Source: Octopus vulgaris
Lineage: Eukaryota
Length of the DNA stretch: 64,000 bases
Assembly (NCBI GenBank): GCA_951406725.2
Contig: OX597823.1
Span: 85,188,001-85,252,000, forward strand
Direction: 5' to 3'
Shown here: piece by piece, positions 44,510-59,699 of the stretch
How positions within the stretch are numbered: the stretch's first letter is position 1
How the letters are laid out: every line of letters starts with the position of its first letter
Made by a program: the position numbers and the translations under genes
The notes under the pieces: model-generated
Told to the model about the DNA's origin: nothing
The model's database searches: none
What the model saw: the letters and a program-made list of their open reading frames with translations, nothing else

Positions 44510-45160
44510 CTCTGCTATGGGTACAAGGCCTGAAATTTTGGGGAAGGTGGCAAGTAGATAACATTAACACCAGGAGTCAACTGGTCATTATTTCATCGAT
44601 ACCTAAAGGATAAGCAACAAATTCGACCTCGGCGGAATTCGAACATAGAACGTAAAGTCAGACAAAATGCCGCCAAGCACATTTCGAGCCTGCTATCGAT
44701 ATTGCCAGTTCGCAGATTTACGTAATATTGGTTTCAAATTTTGACACAAGGCCAGCAATTCTGGGGGTGGGTGGATTGTACCAAAGTCGATTACATCAAC
44801 TCTAGTGTTCAATTGATACTTATTTCATTGATCCCGAAAAGATAAAAGGCAAAGTCGACCGCGAGATAAAAGGCAAAGTCGAAGACGGACTTAATGCAGC
44901 TAAGATTTCTGTACGGTGTGCTGACGATACTGCTAGATCGCAACCTTGTTGCCTTAAGTAATATTAACGATGAATTTTTTGTCTCCCACCACTGCTTGAC
45001 AACCGATGTTGGTTTCTTTACGTCCCTGTAATTAGCGACGCCGGCTAAAGAGACTGATAAAAAGTTGAAAAACGGGAAGGGTGTCGATTAATTCGACTAA
45101 AAAATTCTTCAAGACGATGCTCTAGCATGGCCACAATCTAATAACTGAAAGAACTAAAAG
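44510..45160. mobile_element. Degenerate family A copies (-) followed by a family B tail (+)
   Basis: Decayed matches to both consensus sequences. Confidence 0.7.
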
Positions 45161-45878
45161 AATATATATATATATATATATATATAATTAAGAATAATAT
45201 ACATATGTATATAATTATATTAAGGACGCAAGAGGGAAAACGACGTATCACCAAAATGTTTAAAGTGCTAAAACCTTAAAAAAATAACTACCAAAAACTT
45301 CAGATATACATACGCATGGCTGAAAGCGGAGTAGTGAAAGAATATTAAAAAAAAAACATGTTAATTGTGAAATGGTTCCAATTCTGAATTAAAACCATAA
45401 AGAGGTTTTTTCCTTCGTCAACACGAAACACGGGAAATATAAATACAAATAATTGTACATGCCATACAAAGCAGATTCACGCGTCTACATACAAATATTT
45501 GTATATATAAATCCAAGATAAGTCAATTTTGAATCCCTTCAAGACAGCCACGTATATATTATAAGAATAGCGAAGTGATAAGGGCTATTCCGGGCAGGAG
45601 AAAAATAATTTAATTTATTTTATTCTATTTATTAATTCATAATAGAATATAATGGTAAAGATCACATTAATGATTTTCATCATATAGTCAGCATGCTATA
45701 AAAATTTATAGGCAATTTATACATTAAAAGAATAATAAAATACATATGTATATAATTATATTAAAGGAGGAAGGGTAAAAACGACCTATGCGTATGTTTT
45801 TCTGGAGTTTTTGGTAGTTTTTTGAAGGTCTTGGCACTTCAGCATGCTTGCTACCATTATATACATATGTATATTATT

Positions 45879-46237
45879 GGAAGCACTCCGTCGGTTACGA
45901 CGACGAGGGTTCCGGTTGATCCGAATCAACGGAACAGCCTGCTCGTGAAATTAACGTGTAAGTGGCTGAGCACTCCACAGACACGTGTACCCTTAACGTA
46001 GTTCTTGGGGATATTCAACGTGACACAGAGATTGACAAGGCCGGCCCTTTGAAATACAGGTACAACAGAAAGAGGAAGTAAGAGTGAGAGAAAGTTGTGG
46101 TGAAAGAGTACAGCAGGGATCACCACCATCCCCTGCCGGAGCCTCGTGGAGCTTTAGGTGTTTTCGCTCAATAAACAATCACAACGCCCGGTCTGGGAAT
46201 CGAAATCGCGATGCTAACCACTGGGCCATTGCGCCTC
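45879..46237 (-). mobile_element. tRNA-derived SINE, family C, tail variant 1
   Basis: Head gaggcgcaatggcccagtggttag, B box tttcgattccc, deletion in the anticodon region, long tail ending gacggagtgcttcc. Confidence 0.88.
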
Positions 46238-46622
46238 GACATGTATGTTATTATCAATTTAATGTATAATTTTTTATAGCATGCTGTCTACCTGAATAAA
46301 TCATTAACATGATGTTTATCCTTATACATATATATATTTGTATATATAAATCCAAGATAAGTCAATTTTAAATCCCTTCAAGACAGCCACGTATATTCAA
46401 TGACGCTGTATAAACTCTATATTTGGGATGACCAATTTTAAATACTATTGGATTTTACTCATACGGTATTGAAATCTTATATGTATACCATTTTGCCTTA
46501 AAAAAAGTGGGTCTACAAATGCAATATCCCTACACATCTCACGTGTATTTTCTTTCTTCCATCTCACTCTCTGTTTTGTATCTTATCCTAAATTAACTAT
46601 TACTTAACCATTGTCTCATACC

Positions 46623-46670
46623 GTCTTCGATGAAGGGATATAACAGACATCCTGGAAACAGCTGTAAGAC
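46623..46670 (+). ncRNA. Type I hammerhead-like motif in a PLE-like 3' end, core mutated to UCGAUGA
   Basis: GUCU-UCGAUGA-AGGGAU..AUCCU-G-GAAAC-AGCU-GUA-AGAC: perfect stem I and palindromic stem III. Confidence 0.6.
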
Positions 46671-46835
46671 CTTCAATCTCCAAATGTTCTAACATCTACA
46701 CAGCCTTGGTTTTTTTTTATCTCATTACAAAAAGAAATGTTTATATACACACGCAGACATATGACCTGACACCTTTGGGTCTCAATGACTCATTACCTCT
46801 CATACACACAGACACACACACACGCACACACACAC

Positions 46836-46880
<45 letters not shown>

Positions 46881-47397
46881 CATATATATACATATATATA
46901 CATATATATATACATACACACACACAAACATACAATCTCACACATACACATATAAAGTTCGACGAAATGTTTTAAAGGGTAAACATCTTAGTCACCTATT
47001 ATTACGACGAGTCACATGATGTCATACATTTGGTTATTATACTTAATAACCTTGTTTACAATTTACTGAACCAGATTACCTAGTTCCCACAATATAACGC
47101 ATTCGTTCGGGTGTCTCACAGATGCAACTCTCTATTTCCCTCTTTCATTTTGACTATTATTTTTCGAAGCCAACAACCAGTTGTAGACCAAAAATTCCTC
47201 CATGTCGCTACGTGAACTTAGAGTAATAGAATATATATGTGTGTGAATGTATGCGCGAGAGATAGTATGCGCGCTATGGGGAAAATGTCAAACTCTCTAT
47301 CTGGCCAACCCTCAAGCTAATATATTCATTCCTTGTACACGTCCTCTTGCCAGTTAATTTTACTTGTTTATTTGCATCGATTGTTTTCTTGAACTGA

Positions 47398-47580
47398 CTA
47401 TATATATCTCTTATATAAAATCCGTTCTCACTGTCTGTGTGTGTGGTTTCTAGGATCTCGGACATTCTCCATCCGATTGCGCTCAAATTTGATATGTAGA
47501 TACCGACGGCATCAGGGCGTGTATAAGTTTTGAAAAAATTGCAAAAATCGATTCCATGTGAAAATGGAATAGAAAAAAAG
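47398..47580 (+). mobile_element. Non-autonomous Helitron/DINE-like 5' fragment
   Basis: ctatatat..tatataaaa start, ctgtctgtgtgt, and atctcgg..catccgattgcgctcaaatttg pattern. Confidence 0.45.
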
Positions 47581-47756
47581 TCTATCTTTATTTCTTCTTT
47601 TGCTGGTGTCTGAAATTTAGGTTAAATCAGTGTTTCTCAAAGAGGGGACGGTCGGACAAGTTGTTTTGAGAAAATTTGGTTTAAATGTTTGACAACTCAG
47701 CACTCTCCATTGGACGTGGGGGAGGGGCGTTTTGTTCGTATATATATATATATATG

Positions 47757-48004
47757 TGGAAGACCAGACGTCGCCCATGCATACCGGCCTCTCCTCTCCA
47801 CGCCACCAGTTTTATCCAAAGGAAAGGCAAAGGTCGATACAGCTTGGCACCTGTAACGCCGCAAGTCATTTCTACAGCTGAGTGAACTGGTGCAATGTGA
47901 AATAAAGTGTCTTGCTCAAGAAGACAACACGCAGCCCGCTCCGGGATTCAAACTCACAACCTCGCAATCGTAAGCTCGACGCTCCAACCACTGAGCCAAG
48001 CGCC

Positions 48005-48008
<4 letters not shown>
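47757..48008 (-). mobile_element. tRNA-derived SINE, family D
   Basis: Head gaaggcgcttggctcagtggtt, B box gagtttgaatccc, CORE/V-like cttgagcaagacacttt; related copies at 48510-48690 (-) and 50160-50380 (+). Confidence 0.85.
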
Positions 48009-48091
<83 letters not shown>

Positions 48092-48302
48092 GTTAAACAG
48101 AAACAAAAAGCATTAAGGCAAGGCAAACTTCTCGAATTGTATACAATATTATTATAGAGACAAATTTCTTCCTATAATAATATCGTATATGACACGTCCT
48201 GTTTAACAATCATATATCCGCTGCATCGGAAATCTGCAATGGTTCCATAACTACCGTCTCGGCTATAACCTTGGAACCCCAGTAATCCGTTACAGGACAT
48301 AC

Positions 48303-48328
48303 CTAGCGTTCCTCATCGTTTAGATCAC
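48303..48328 (-). CDS. Candidate start-codon exon (ATG at 48316, MRNA + AG, phase 2); may instead be the end of a longer first exon
   Basis: Acceptor tttatttcacag, donor AG|gtatgt; phase matches exon 15119-15187; lies in a unique CpG-richer island. Confidence 0.35.
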
Positions 48329-48488
48329 CTGTGAAATAAACCACCCTAGGTCGTGTGTGTGTCTCTCTCGCTATATTTATATTTACGAGTTCGTACTAAC
48401 ATATATACATATCACGATATCGACCATTGTATTACATGCCGTAATACGTCGCTTATAACAAATCCGCTGCGCATTGTCTTAGACCTCT

Positions 48489-48503
48489 ACTGATGCCACG
48501 TCA
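48489..48503 (-). promoter_or_regulatory. Candidate core promoter: TGACGTGG next to an Inr-like TCAGT
   Basis: Minus strand gTGACGTGGcaTCAGTag, about 190 bp upstream of the 48303 donor. Short motifs that could occur by chance. Confidence 0.2.
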
Positions 48504-48702
48504 CTCATTACACTAGCAGGCTAAAATCTCCCGCTAATCCGAAGGCTATTTCATTTACAGCTGTGTGGACAGAAGCAACGTGAAATGAAGTGTTTTGTTC
48601 AAGTAGACAACACGTCACCTGATCCGGGAATCGAACCCACGTTCTAACGACCGAGGAGGACATTCTAAACACTAGGCAATGCGCCTTCACACAAACGTAT
48701 AT

Positions 48703-49127
48703 ATTTATTTACTACCCACAAGGGGCTAAACATAGAGGGATAAACAAGGACAGATAAAGGGATGAAGTCGATTGCATCGAACCCAGTGCGAAACTTGTAC
48801 TTCATTTATCGACCCCGAAAGGATGAAAGGTAAAGTCGACCTCGGCGGAATTCGAATTCAGAACGTGGCGACAGACGAAATACCTATTTCTATTTCTTTA
48901 CTACCTACAAGGGGCTAAACACAGAAAGGACAAACAAGGACAGACAAAGGGATTAAGTCGATTATATATGGCCCCCAGTGCGAAACTGGTACTTCATTTA
49001 TCGACCCCGAAAGGATGAAAAATAAAGTCGACCTCGGCGGAATTTGAACTCAGAACGTAGCGACAGACGAAATACTGCTAAGCATTTCGCCCGGCGTGCT
49101 AACGTTTCTGCCAGCTTGCCGCCTTCT
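48703..49127 (-). mobile_element. Dimeric family A SINE with 18-bp TSD
   Basis: cttcacacaaacgtatat at 48685-48702 and 49128-49145; two units joined at gacgaaatacctatttc. Confidence 0.93.
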
Positions 49128-51342
49128 CTTCACACAAACGTATATGCACACTCACATATATGTCCCAGTGTCCCGGTGTCCTGGTGTCATGTATAATCTC
49201 CAAGTTTCTCTGTCTGTAGGTATGCGTGTGTTTGTTTTATGTAAGTGGCCTCTTTTTTTTGCAAATTATTGAAGTATCACGCAGTCGTTACTACGAATTT
49301 ATTTCTCATTTACGATCTCCCCCCATAACTAATGGGTAATTCAAAGTATAAAACTCCCCACCTGCATTCATATTACTAAACCTCCAAGTTAAATTATAGC
49401 TCGGGATGAATATTCGAGCGTTCCCGTTGCTGCAGGTGCAGCTAATGCTCTTATTTTCACGCTTGTTACTTTTAAATTTGTTGCTATTGTTGTTCCACTG
49501 TTTGTTGTCGAATGTTTGTTGTATTCTTTGGTGCTCTTTAGTTCCAGCTGCTTTAATCACTTGTGACAACAGGTATTCCACTCATACAGCTTGCCATTGC
49601 TGTTTTCATCTTTGTAATTTTAAATCGTTCTTTTATCGACATCTGGGCTCATTTTCTTGTTTATTGGTGAATGAAATAACCCGTTTGCATATTTGGCAGC
49701 TGTAGACATGCCGAATTAAATCATGGCGTCTGTTTTGTATGCCAGTATGATTGTATTGACGAATTTAATCAACCTACGAGGCTTTTCTTGCCGGACTGTC
49801 TTGTCTTCTACCGTAGTTCCGATTGGTGGATACAAATCTTACCGATGAAATTATGCTGACGGGAACGGTAAGGTAGCTCGATGGCAGGACTGAACGAGTT
49901 TTGAGGATGTAGACTTAATCCAAAACCATCACCACCACCTCCAATACCATCAAGAAAACCACAAAAATCACGACCACAACTGCCACCGCCACACCACCCC
50001 ACCCCATTCTTCGTCGTCGCGGCTGCGTCCGCCACTACCAATACCGCCACCAACATCAGGATTAACAACAGCACTCAAGTCTGAACTGTGTTGAATACAT
50101 TCTGACCATTATTCCTTACAAAGAACTCAAACCATTTAGCTGCTCTCTCCTCATCTCAGATGAAGGCGTGTGGCCTAGTCGTTTGAATATTGCACCCACG
50201 ATCATAAAATTGTGGTTTCGAATCCAAGAGCGGTGAGCCCCTGAGCAAAATCTTTCAGGTATAAATGAGTAAATGAGGAACCCTGCGACGGATTGAATTT
50301 CTGTAAAGGAGGAAATGTTTTTATCTCGATCACTATGGAAAACTATGGAAAACTATGGAAACCGGATACTCGGCCCTACTTACTTTTATACCTAATTCAG
50401 TAACGCATGGAACGTGAGTTTTCGTCCCCTCTGAGCTACAGTCACGGATGTCCTATAGAATTTCAGAGGTGTTCACCTTTCACATCTGACTACGTATGAA
50501 CAAGAAAATCAAATTACCATTTACCAGTTACAGCAACAAATATTTTCCCGTGTCGTTAATTTTGCGGTCTGAAATTTCTTTTACAAATCCCCTTATCCTT
50601 TTATGAAATGTTATTTTTCTTTATACTACAAATGCCTTGGGGCCATTGTGTTGTTCTCAGCTAGGGTGACATGGAGTTGCGTGCCAGATAACCGACTACC
50701 AACGATAGTCCTCGTCAGCGAGATTGGGGCTAGAAGTAGCATCATGGACGACTAAAACTTGGTTTTCATGATAATCTCAAACGGTCTCTCATTTTACGCG
50801 GTGTCATTTCCAGTTTTTTGGAGAGCTTTGCTGTTAATCTTAAGGCATGGAGGTCATTTTATGATGCTAGAGCAAAGCGCTTTGAAACCGAACGAAGGAG
50901 ACTGCATCAGACGAGGTGGAGACATCGTCTTCAGCCCCCTGCGAAGGTTGATCCTGGTACACATTCAATGCCTTTAGTACCACAAGATCCACCTATCTCG
51001 TATAGACCTCATTAGCCACATCCACTCCTATGAGAAACAAAGAGCTGTAGACGGAGGACGTTGTCTTGGATCAACCTTGCCATCACATTTGATGGATTGA
51101 CATAAGCAAGTAGATAATCTATTGCTTCTGTTAAGGACCCACTACACGCAGGTATGTCTATTTGGTTTAAAAGCTCGATTTATAATCACAGGGTTTCTGA
51201 GTCTGACTGCACGGTACATTGGTGAAGTGACTTCTACTATAGCCCCGGGCTGGTTAAATCCTTGTGAATGAATTTGCTAGAAGGAAAATATGTAAAATTC
51301 TATCGTGTACATACATACACATATGCATATATATGTAATATA

Positions 51343-51423
<81 letters not shown>

Positions 51424-51427
51424 AAAA

Positions 51428-51830
51428 GGCAGGAGTGGCTGTGTGGTAAGTAGCTTGCTAACCAACCACATGGTTCCGGGTTCATCCATATGGCATCTTG
51501 GGCAAATGTCTTCTGCTATAGCCCCGGGCCGACCAATGCCTTGTGAGTGGATTTGGTAGACGGAAACTAAAGAAGCCTATATATGTATATATATATGTCT
51601 GTGTGTGTTTGTGTGTCTGTGTTTGTCCCCTAGCATTGCTTGATAACCGATGCTGGTGTGTTTACGTCCCCGTCACTTAGCGGTTCGGCAAAAGAGACCG
51701 ATAGAATAAGTACTGGGCTTACAAAGAATAAGTCCCGGTGTCGATTTGCTCGACTAAAGGCGGTGCTCCAGCATGGCCGCAGTCAAATGACTGAAACAAG
51801 TAAAAGAGTAAAAAGAGAGAGTAAAGAGTA
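51428..51830 (+). mobile_element. Family B CORE-like SINE, full-length
   Basis: tRNA-like head, cttgggcaaatgtctt, internal (TA/TG) run, CR1-like tail at 51759-51797, (GAGTAAAA)-like end. Confidence 0.92.
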
Positions 51831-51832
51831 TA

Positions 51833-51896
<64 letters not shown>

Positions 51897-51900
<4 letters not shown>

Positions 51901-52842
51901 GTTGGCAACTATGTTCCCGCCGTTTTTTTTAAATATAACTTTTAAAAGGTTTTAAAAAATAAAACAACAACTAATTAATCAATAATATATTAACACTTGT
52001 TGTTTACAACTTCTTCCCAGCGTTCAACGATATTTTAAATTCTTCATTTGTAGAAATCACCTGATTTCGACTCGAAGAATTGATCCAACCATGCTCTCAA
52101 TTCTGCATCCGTATTGAACGAAACTCCGCGTATAGCATTTGAAAGAGATCGAAAGAGGCGGAAATCCGTTGGTGCCAAATCAAAAGAGTACGGTGGATAT
52201 GGTAGTACTTCCCAGCCTTGCGTTTGAATGGCTTCCTTGGTCATATTGACAATATGAAGGCGAGCGTTGTCATGTAGCAGAAGAATTCCATGCGGGTTCC
52301 TATTGATGTACAGGAATAATTTTCGTCACCAGTAACGATTCGTGAAAGAAATCGTTGCTTGTGTCCATGAGTTGAGCGCTGACGAACAAGCAAACCAGCG
52401 GAGATTGTAGTGTGGGGAGCATTCCATTTTCTCTGCCAGTTCCCATGACCTTTGACGTAACTTCTCGTGCAAAAGTTGGACGGCTAGAATGAGGTGCCTC
52501 TTTGAAGTCAGATTTTCCATTTTTGAACTTGGTATACCAATCACGAGCGGTTTTTTCAGCTATAGCACCCTCTCCATACACAGCACAAATGTCGCGAGTA
52601 GCGGTTGCGGCCTTAGAATTTGATTAAAAGCAAAAAGAAGGAGGTGTCAAAAATGCTTGTTTTTCATAACTTGATATTCCATTTTAATGATCTGAAAATA
52701 AACAAAAAATAACTAAAATCAATTAGAAAAAAAGAAACAACATAGATTCCAAAATGATTCCAAAATAGAATTCTCCAAAAAAAAAAAAAAAAAATACATT
52801 CCAAAATTTAAAACAACAGCGGGAAATTAGTTGCTAACACAA
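51897..52842 (-). mobile_element. Internally deleted mariner with mellifera-like TIRs and transposase remnant
   Basis: TA-flanked TIRs ttgggttggcaacta..tcccgc; MEYQVMKNKHF*HLLLFAFNQ, LLHDNARLH, YPPYSFDLAPTDFRLFRSL. Confidence 0.93.
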
Positions 52843-52922
52843 TATATGCCAATCTAAGCACATAAATGTGAAATAAGGTGGGAAATATAGTACTTGAATA
52901 CCAGAAGTTAGATTAATATGCT

Positions 52923-53093
52923 TTATTATTATTAAAGCTGCGCAAACATCACAAAAATGTAACAAAAAAAATCTAAGAATTTCACGTTCCCATTCGTCGG
53001 ACAGTTTTGTTTGAGGTATCTAAAATGTCCGACAAACGGGAACGTGAAACACTGAATAGCTTTTTTTGATATTTTTGTGATGTTTTCGCAACT

Positions 53094-53106
<13 letters not shown>
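52923..53106. repeat. Foldback of a PLE-end-like repeat; each arm carries a hammerhead-like motif
   Basis: Arms 52923-53003 and 53026-53106; tgt-CCGAC(G/A)A-a(c/t)g-ggaa-cgt-GAAA(C/T). Confidence 0.8.
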
Positions 53107-53172
<66 letters not shown>

Positions 53173-53225
53173 CAACAATAATATTAATAATAATAACAAT
53201 ATGTATATATATAGGCGTATATATA

Positions 53226-53385
53226 TAGGCACATGTATGGCTGTGTGCTAAGAAGCTTGCTTCACAACCACATGCTTTTGGGTTCAGTCCCATAGCGTGC
53301 CACCTTGGGCAGGTGTCTTCTACTATAACCTCCGGCCGACGGAAGCTTTGTGAGTGAATTTGGTAAACGGAGCCCGTCGTATATA
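53226..53385 (+). mobile_element. Family B SINE, 5' half
   Basis: tggctgtgtgctaagaagcttgc..gggttcagtccca..caccttgggcaggtgtcttctactata. Confidence 0.85.
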
Positions 53386-53606
53386 TGGAGTGCTGATATG
53401 AGTAGAGATATGTATATATATATATATATATCGTTTTTGGATTTGGTTTGCGAGATTCTTTAACGAAGAGAATCAAAACTATTGAAAAGGTTGCAAGATG
53501 CAACGAAAACTTTAGAAAAATAACAAAGAAATAATTGGAAATTATACCGGTGAGCGTGTTAAGTTATAAGGCACTAAAAGACTCTGACTCTCGCCAGACA
53601 CAGCAG

Positions 53607-53659
<53 letters not shown>

Positions 53660-54099
53660 ATAAATATGCATGTGAAAATATGTATACACATACACACATA
53701 TATTACTTGTGCCAAAATTAAATTAGGCGATATGGTTAAAATTTAATTTCGCTTGAAATATTTCACTGCTAATATACACTCCAAAAGATATGATCTTATC
53801 TCATGGAATGCTGATTCCTCAATACAAAGTGTCTACACCGCAGAAGATCTTACGAACTATTAACACGTACTAGACATTTTCGGAGCAGTGTGTCGTGTTT
53901 TGCGCGCATCTGCGTCTACATAGAAACTGTGTTTCAATATTTTTTTTCTTTTTTTATGACATATGGAATAAGAACGTATTCTTATAAAAAGAATGATAGA
54001 TAGGTATGGATAATTATTGTTGGATGTAAGAATATTTATAACTAAAGGCTCCTACTCTTGACCTGAACACCCGATGGTACGAAGCAACGCCCAGCTATA

Positions 54100-57580
<3,481 letters not shown>

Positions 57581-57668
57581 GTATTAGCTTAGATGTGTGT
57601 ATTTAACATTATATTTTGTGTTTCTTTATACTGTAGATAACAGAAGAGATAAAAGAATAAAGACTTAC

Positions 57669-58001
57669 ACAAAAAAAGAAACAACAACAAACAAACAAAC
57701 ATGCGGTTTATATAAAAGAAAATCCACCTCTTGATTGCTATTTTCCCTTCCTATACCTATAGTTATCACTATCTTATATTGGCAAACATTTTTCTGAAGA
57801 AAAAAAAAATAATCTATTGGAACAAATAATGTTCGTTCTTCATCTTTCTTCCTTTCTTCAGTTCTTTGAAATAACATTATTTTGGCTGACAGTGAAATTT
57901 GTTTGTTAATACTGTGCTGACGGAATATCGTAATAAAATTTCGTCGTTAGTGTTGATGGCGGCATTGACAGAGATGCTGGTTGCGCTTTTTGTAGAGGGA
58001 T
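57669..58001 (-). other. Candidate 333-bp exon (UTR/non-coding or terminal coding)
   Basis: Long polypyrimidine tract ending ttatttttttgtttttctag; consensus donor gtaagt at 57668; stops in all three frames. Confidence 0.4.
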
Positions 58002-58769
58002 CTAGAAAAACAAAAAAATAACTATAGAAATAAATAAAATAAAAGAAGAGAAGAAAACTGTGAGAAGAAGAAGAAGGAGTCTGAAAGAGAATGACAACAA
58101 CAAATATATAAATAAATATATCAAATAAAAAAGGGGTTTTAATCGAGTTAAGGAAAAAAAAAACTTACAAGATTATATAGGAGGTCATAAAAACTGTAAA
58201 AATACAAATTATATAAAAAATATAACTTTACATTGAAATATCTCGCTGGCATGAAATGTTATTTAAAGATGAGATTTACCCCGTGTGTTTAATATCTTGC
58301 TATATTTTATCCTACACCGTCGTACAAATATAAACATTTCACCCGATTATGCAAGAGTTTCTATACGTTTAGCCAATGTCTTTCAGAGATCCGATCCAGC
58401 ACATGTAGATATATATATATATAAATACACACAGGCGTACCTCCACACAAACATACCGACATATTCACATTCAGACGCACACATACACCAACACACATAT
58501 ACATATATATACATACATACACGTATATATATATGTGTGTGTGTTGACAATAAGAGAGCACAAAACATCATTGTGCATTTACTGACCAACTAAATGTTAT
58601 TTTACACTGTCATTCACTCATTTGTATGTGCGTTATATATTGAGGTTTAAATATACTACGAAATAGTAAATATATAAGATGCCCAACCGTTCACAGCTTT
58701 TTTGTGAATGCTTTTATCGATGTAGATGTAGGTTTACTATCATCATCATCATCATTATTGTTATTATTC

Positions 58770-58971
58770 TTTTAGTCTTTTACTTGTTTCAGTCATTTGA
58801 CTGTGGCCATGCTGGAGCACCGCCTTTTAGTCGAGTAAATCGAACACAGGACATATTCTTTGTAAGCCTAGTACTTATTCTATCGTTTTTTTTTGTCGAA
58901 TCGCTAAGTTACGGGGACATAAACACACCAGCATCTGTTGTCAAACGATGTTGGGGGGACAACCAGACACA

Positions 58972-59031
<60 letters not shown>

Positions 59032-59200
59032 CATATATACAACGGGCTTTTTTCAGTTTCCGTCTTCTAAATCCACTCACAATGCTTTGGTCGGCCTGAG
59101 GCTATTGTAGGACACACTTGCCCAAGGTGCCATGCAGTGGGACTAAACCCGTAACCATGTGGTTGGTTAGCAGCTACTTAACACACAGCCACGCCTTCGC
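58770..59200 (-). mobile_element. Family B SINE, full-length
   Basis: Reverse complement of 51428-51830. Confidence 0.9.
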
Positions 59201-59267
59201 CTATTATTATTATCATTGTTTTTTTTTAAATATTATCATTGTTATTATTGTTGTTGTTGTTGTTATT

Positions 59268-59640
59268 AAGGCGGCGAGCTGGGAGAAACGTTAGCACGCC
59301 GGGCGAAATGTTTAGCAGTATTTCGTCTGCCGCTACGTTCTGAGTTCAAATTCCACCGAGGTCGACTCTGCCTTCGGGGTCGATTAAATAACTACTAGTT
59401 ACGAACTGGGGTCGATATAATCGACTTAATCCGTTTGTCTGTCCTTGTTTGTTCTCTCTGTGTTTAGCCCCTTGTGGGTAGTAAAGAAATAGGTATTTTT
59501 CTGCCGTTACGTCGAAGTTCAAATAACGTCGGGGTCGATTTTTGCCATTTATTCTTTCGGGGTTGATAAATTAAGTACCAGTTGCGTACTAGGGTCGATG
59601 TATTCAACTAGTGCCCTCCTCACTAATTTGTACCTCCAGT
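59268..59640 (+). mobile_element. Dimeric family A SINE
   Basis: Head aaggcggcgagctgggagaaacg; junction aaagaaataggtatttt.ctgccgttacg. Confidence 0.88.
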
Positions 59641-59647
59641 AGAAAGA

Positions 59648-59689
<42 letters not shown>

Positions 59690-59699
59690 ATCATCTTCC

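Noticed and set aside
47930-48008. tRNA-like sequences here and at 10690-10762, 46170-46237 and family A/B heads
   Set aside because: A and B boxes are present, but there is no intact acceptor stem and they run into SINE bodies; these are SINE heads, not tRNA genes.
50333-50362. Triple actatggaaa, and the 18-bp duplication at about 44841-44882
   Set aside because: Ordinary slippage duplications inside decayed SINEs.
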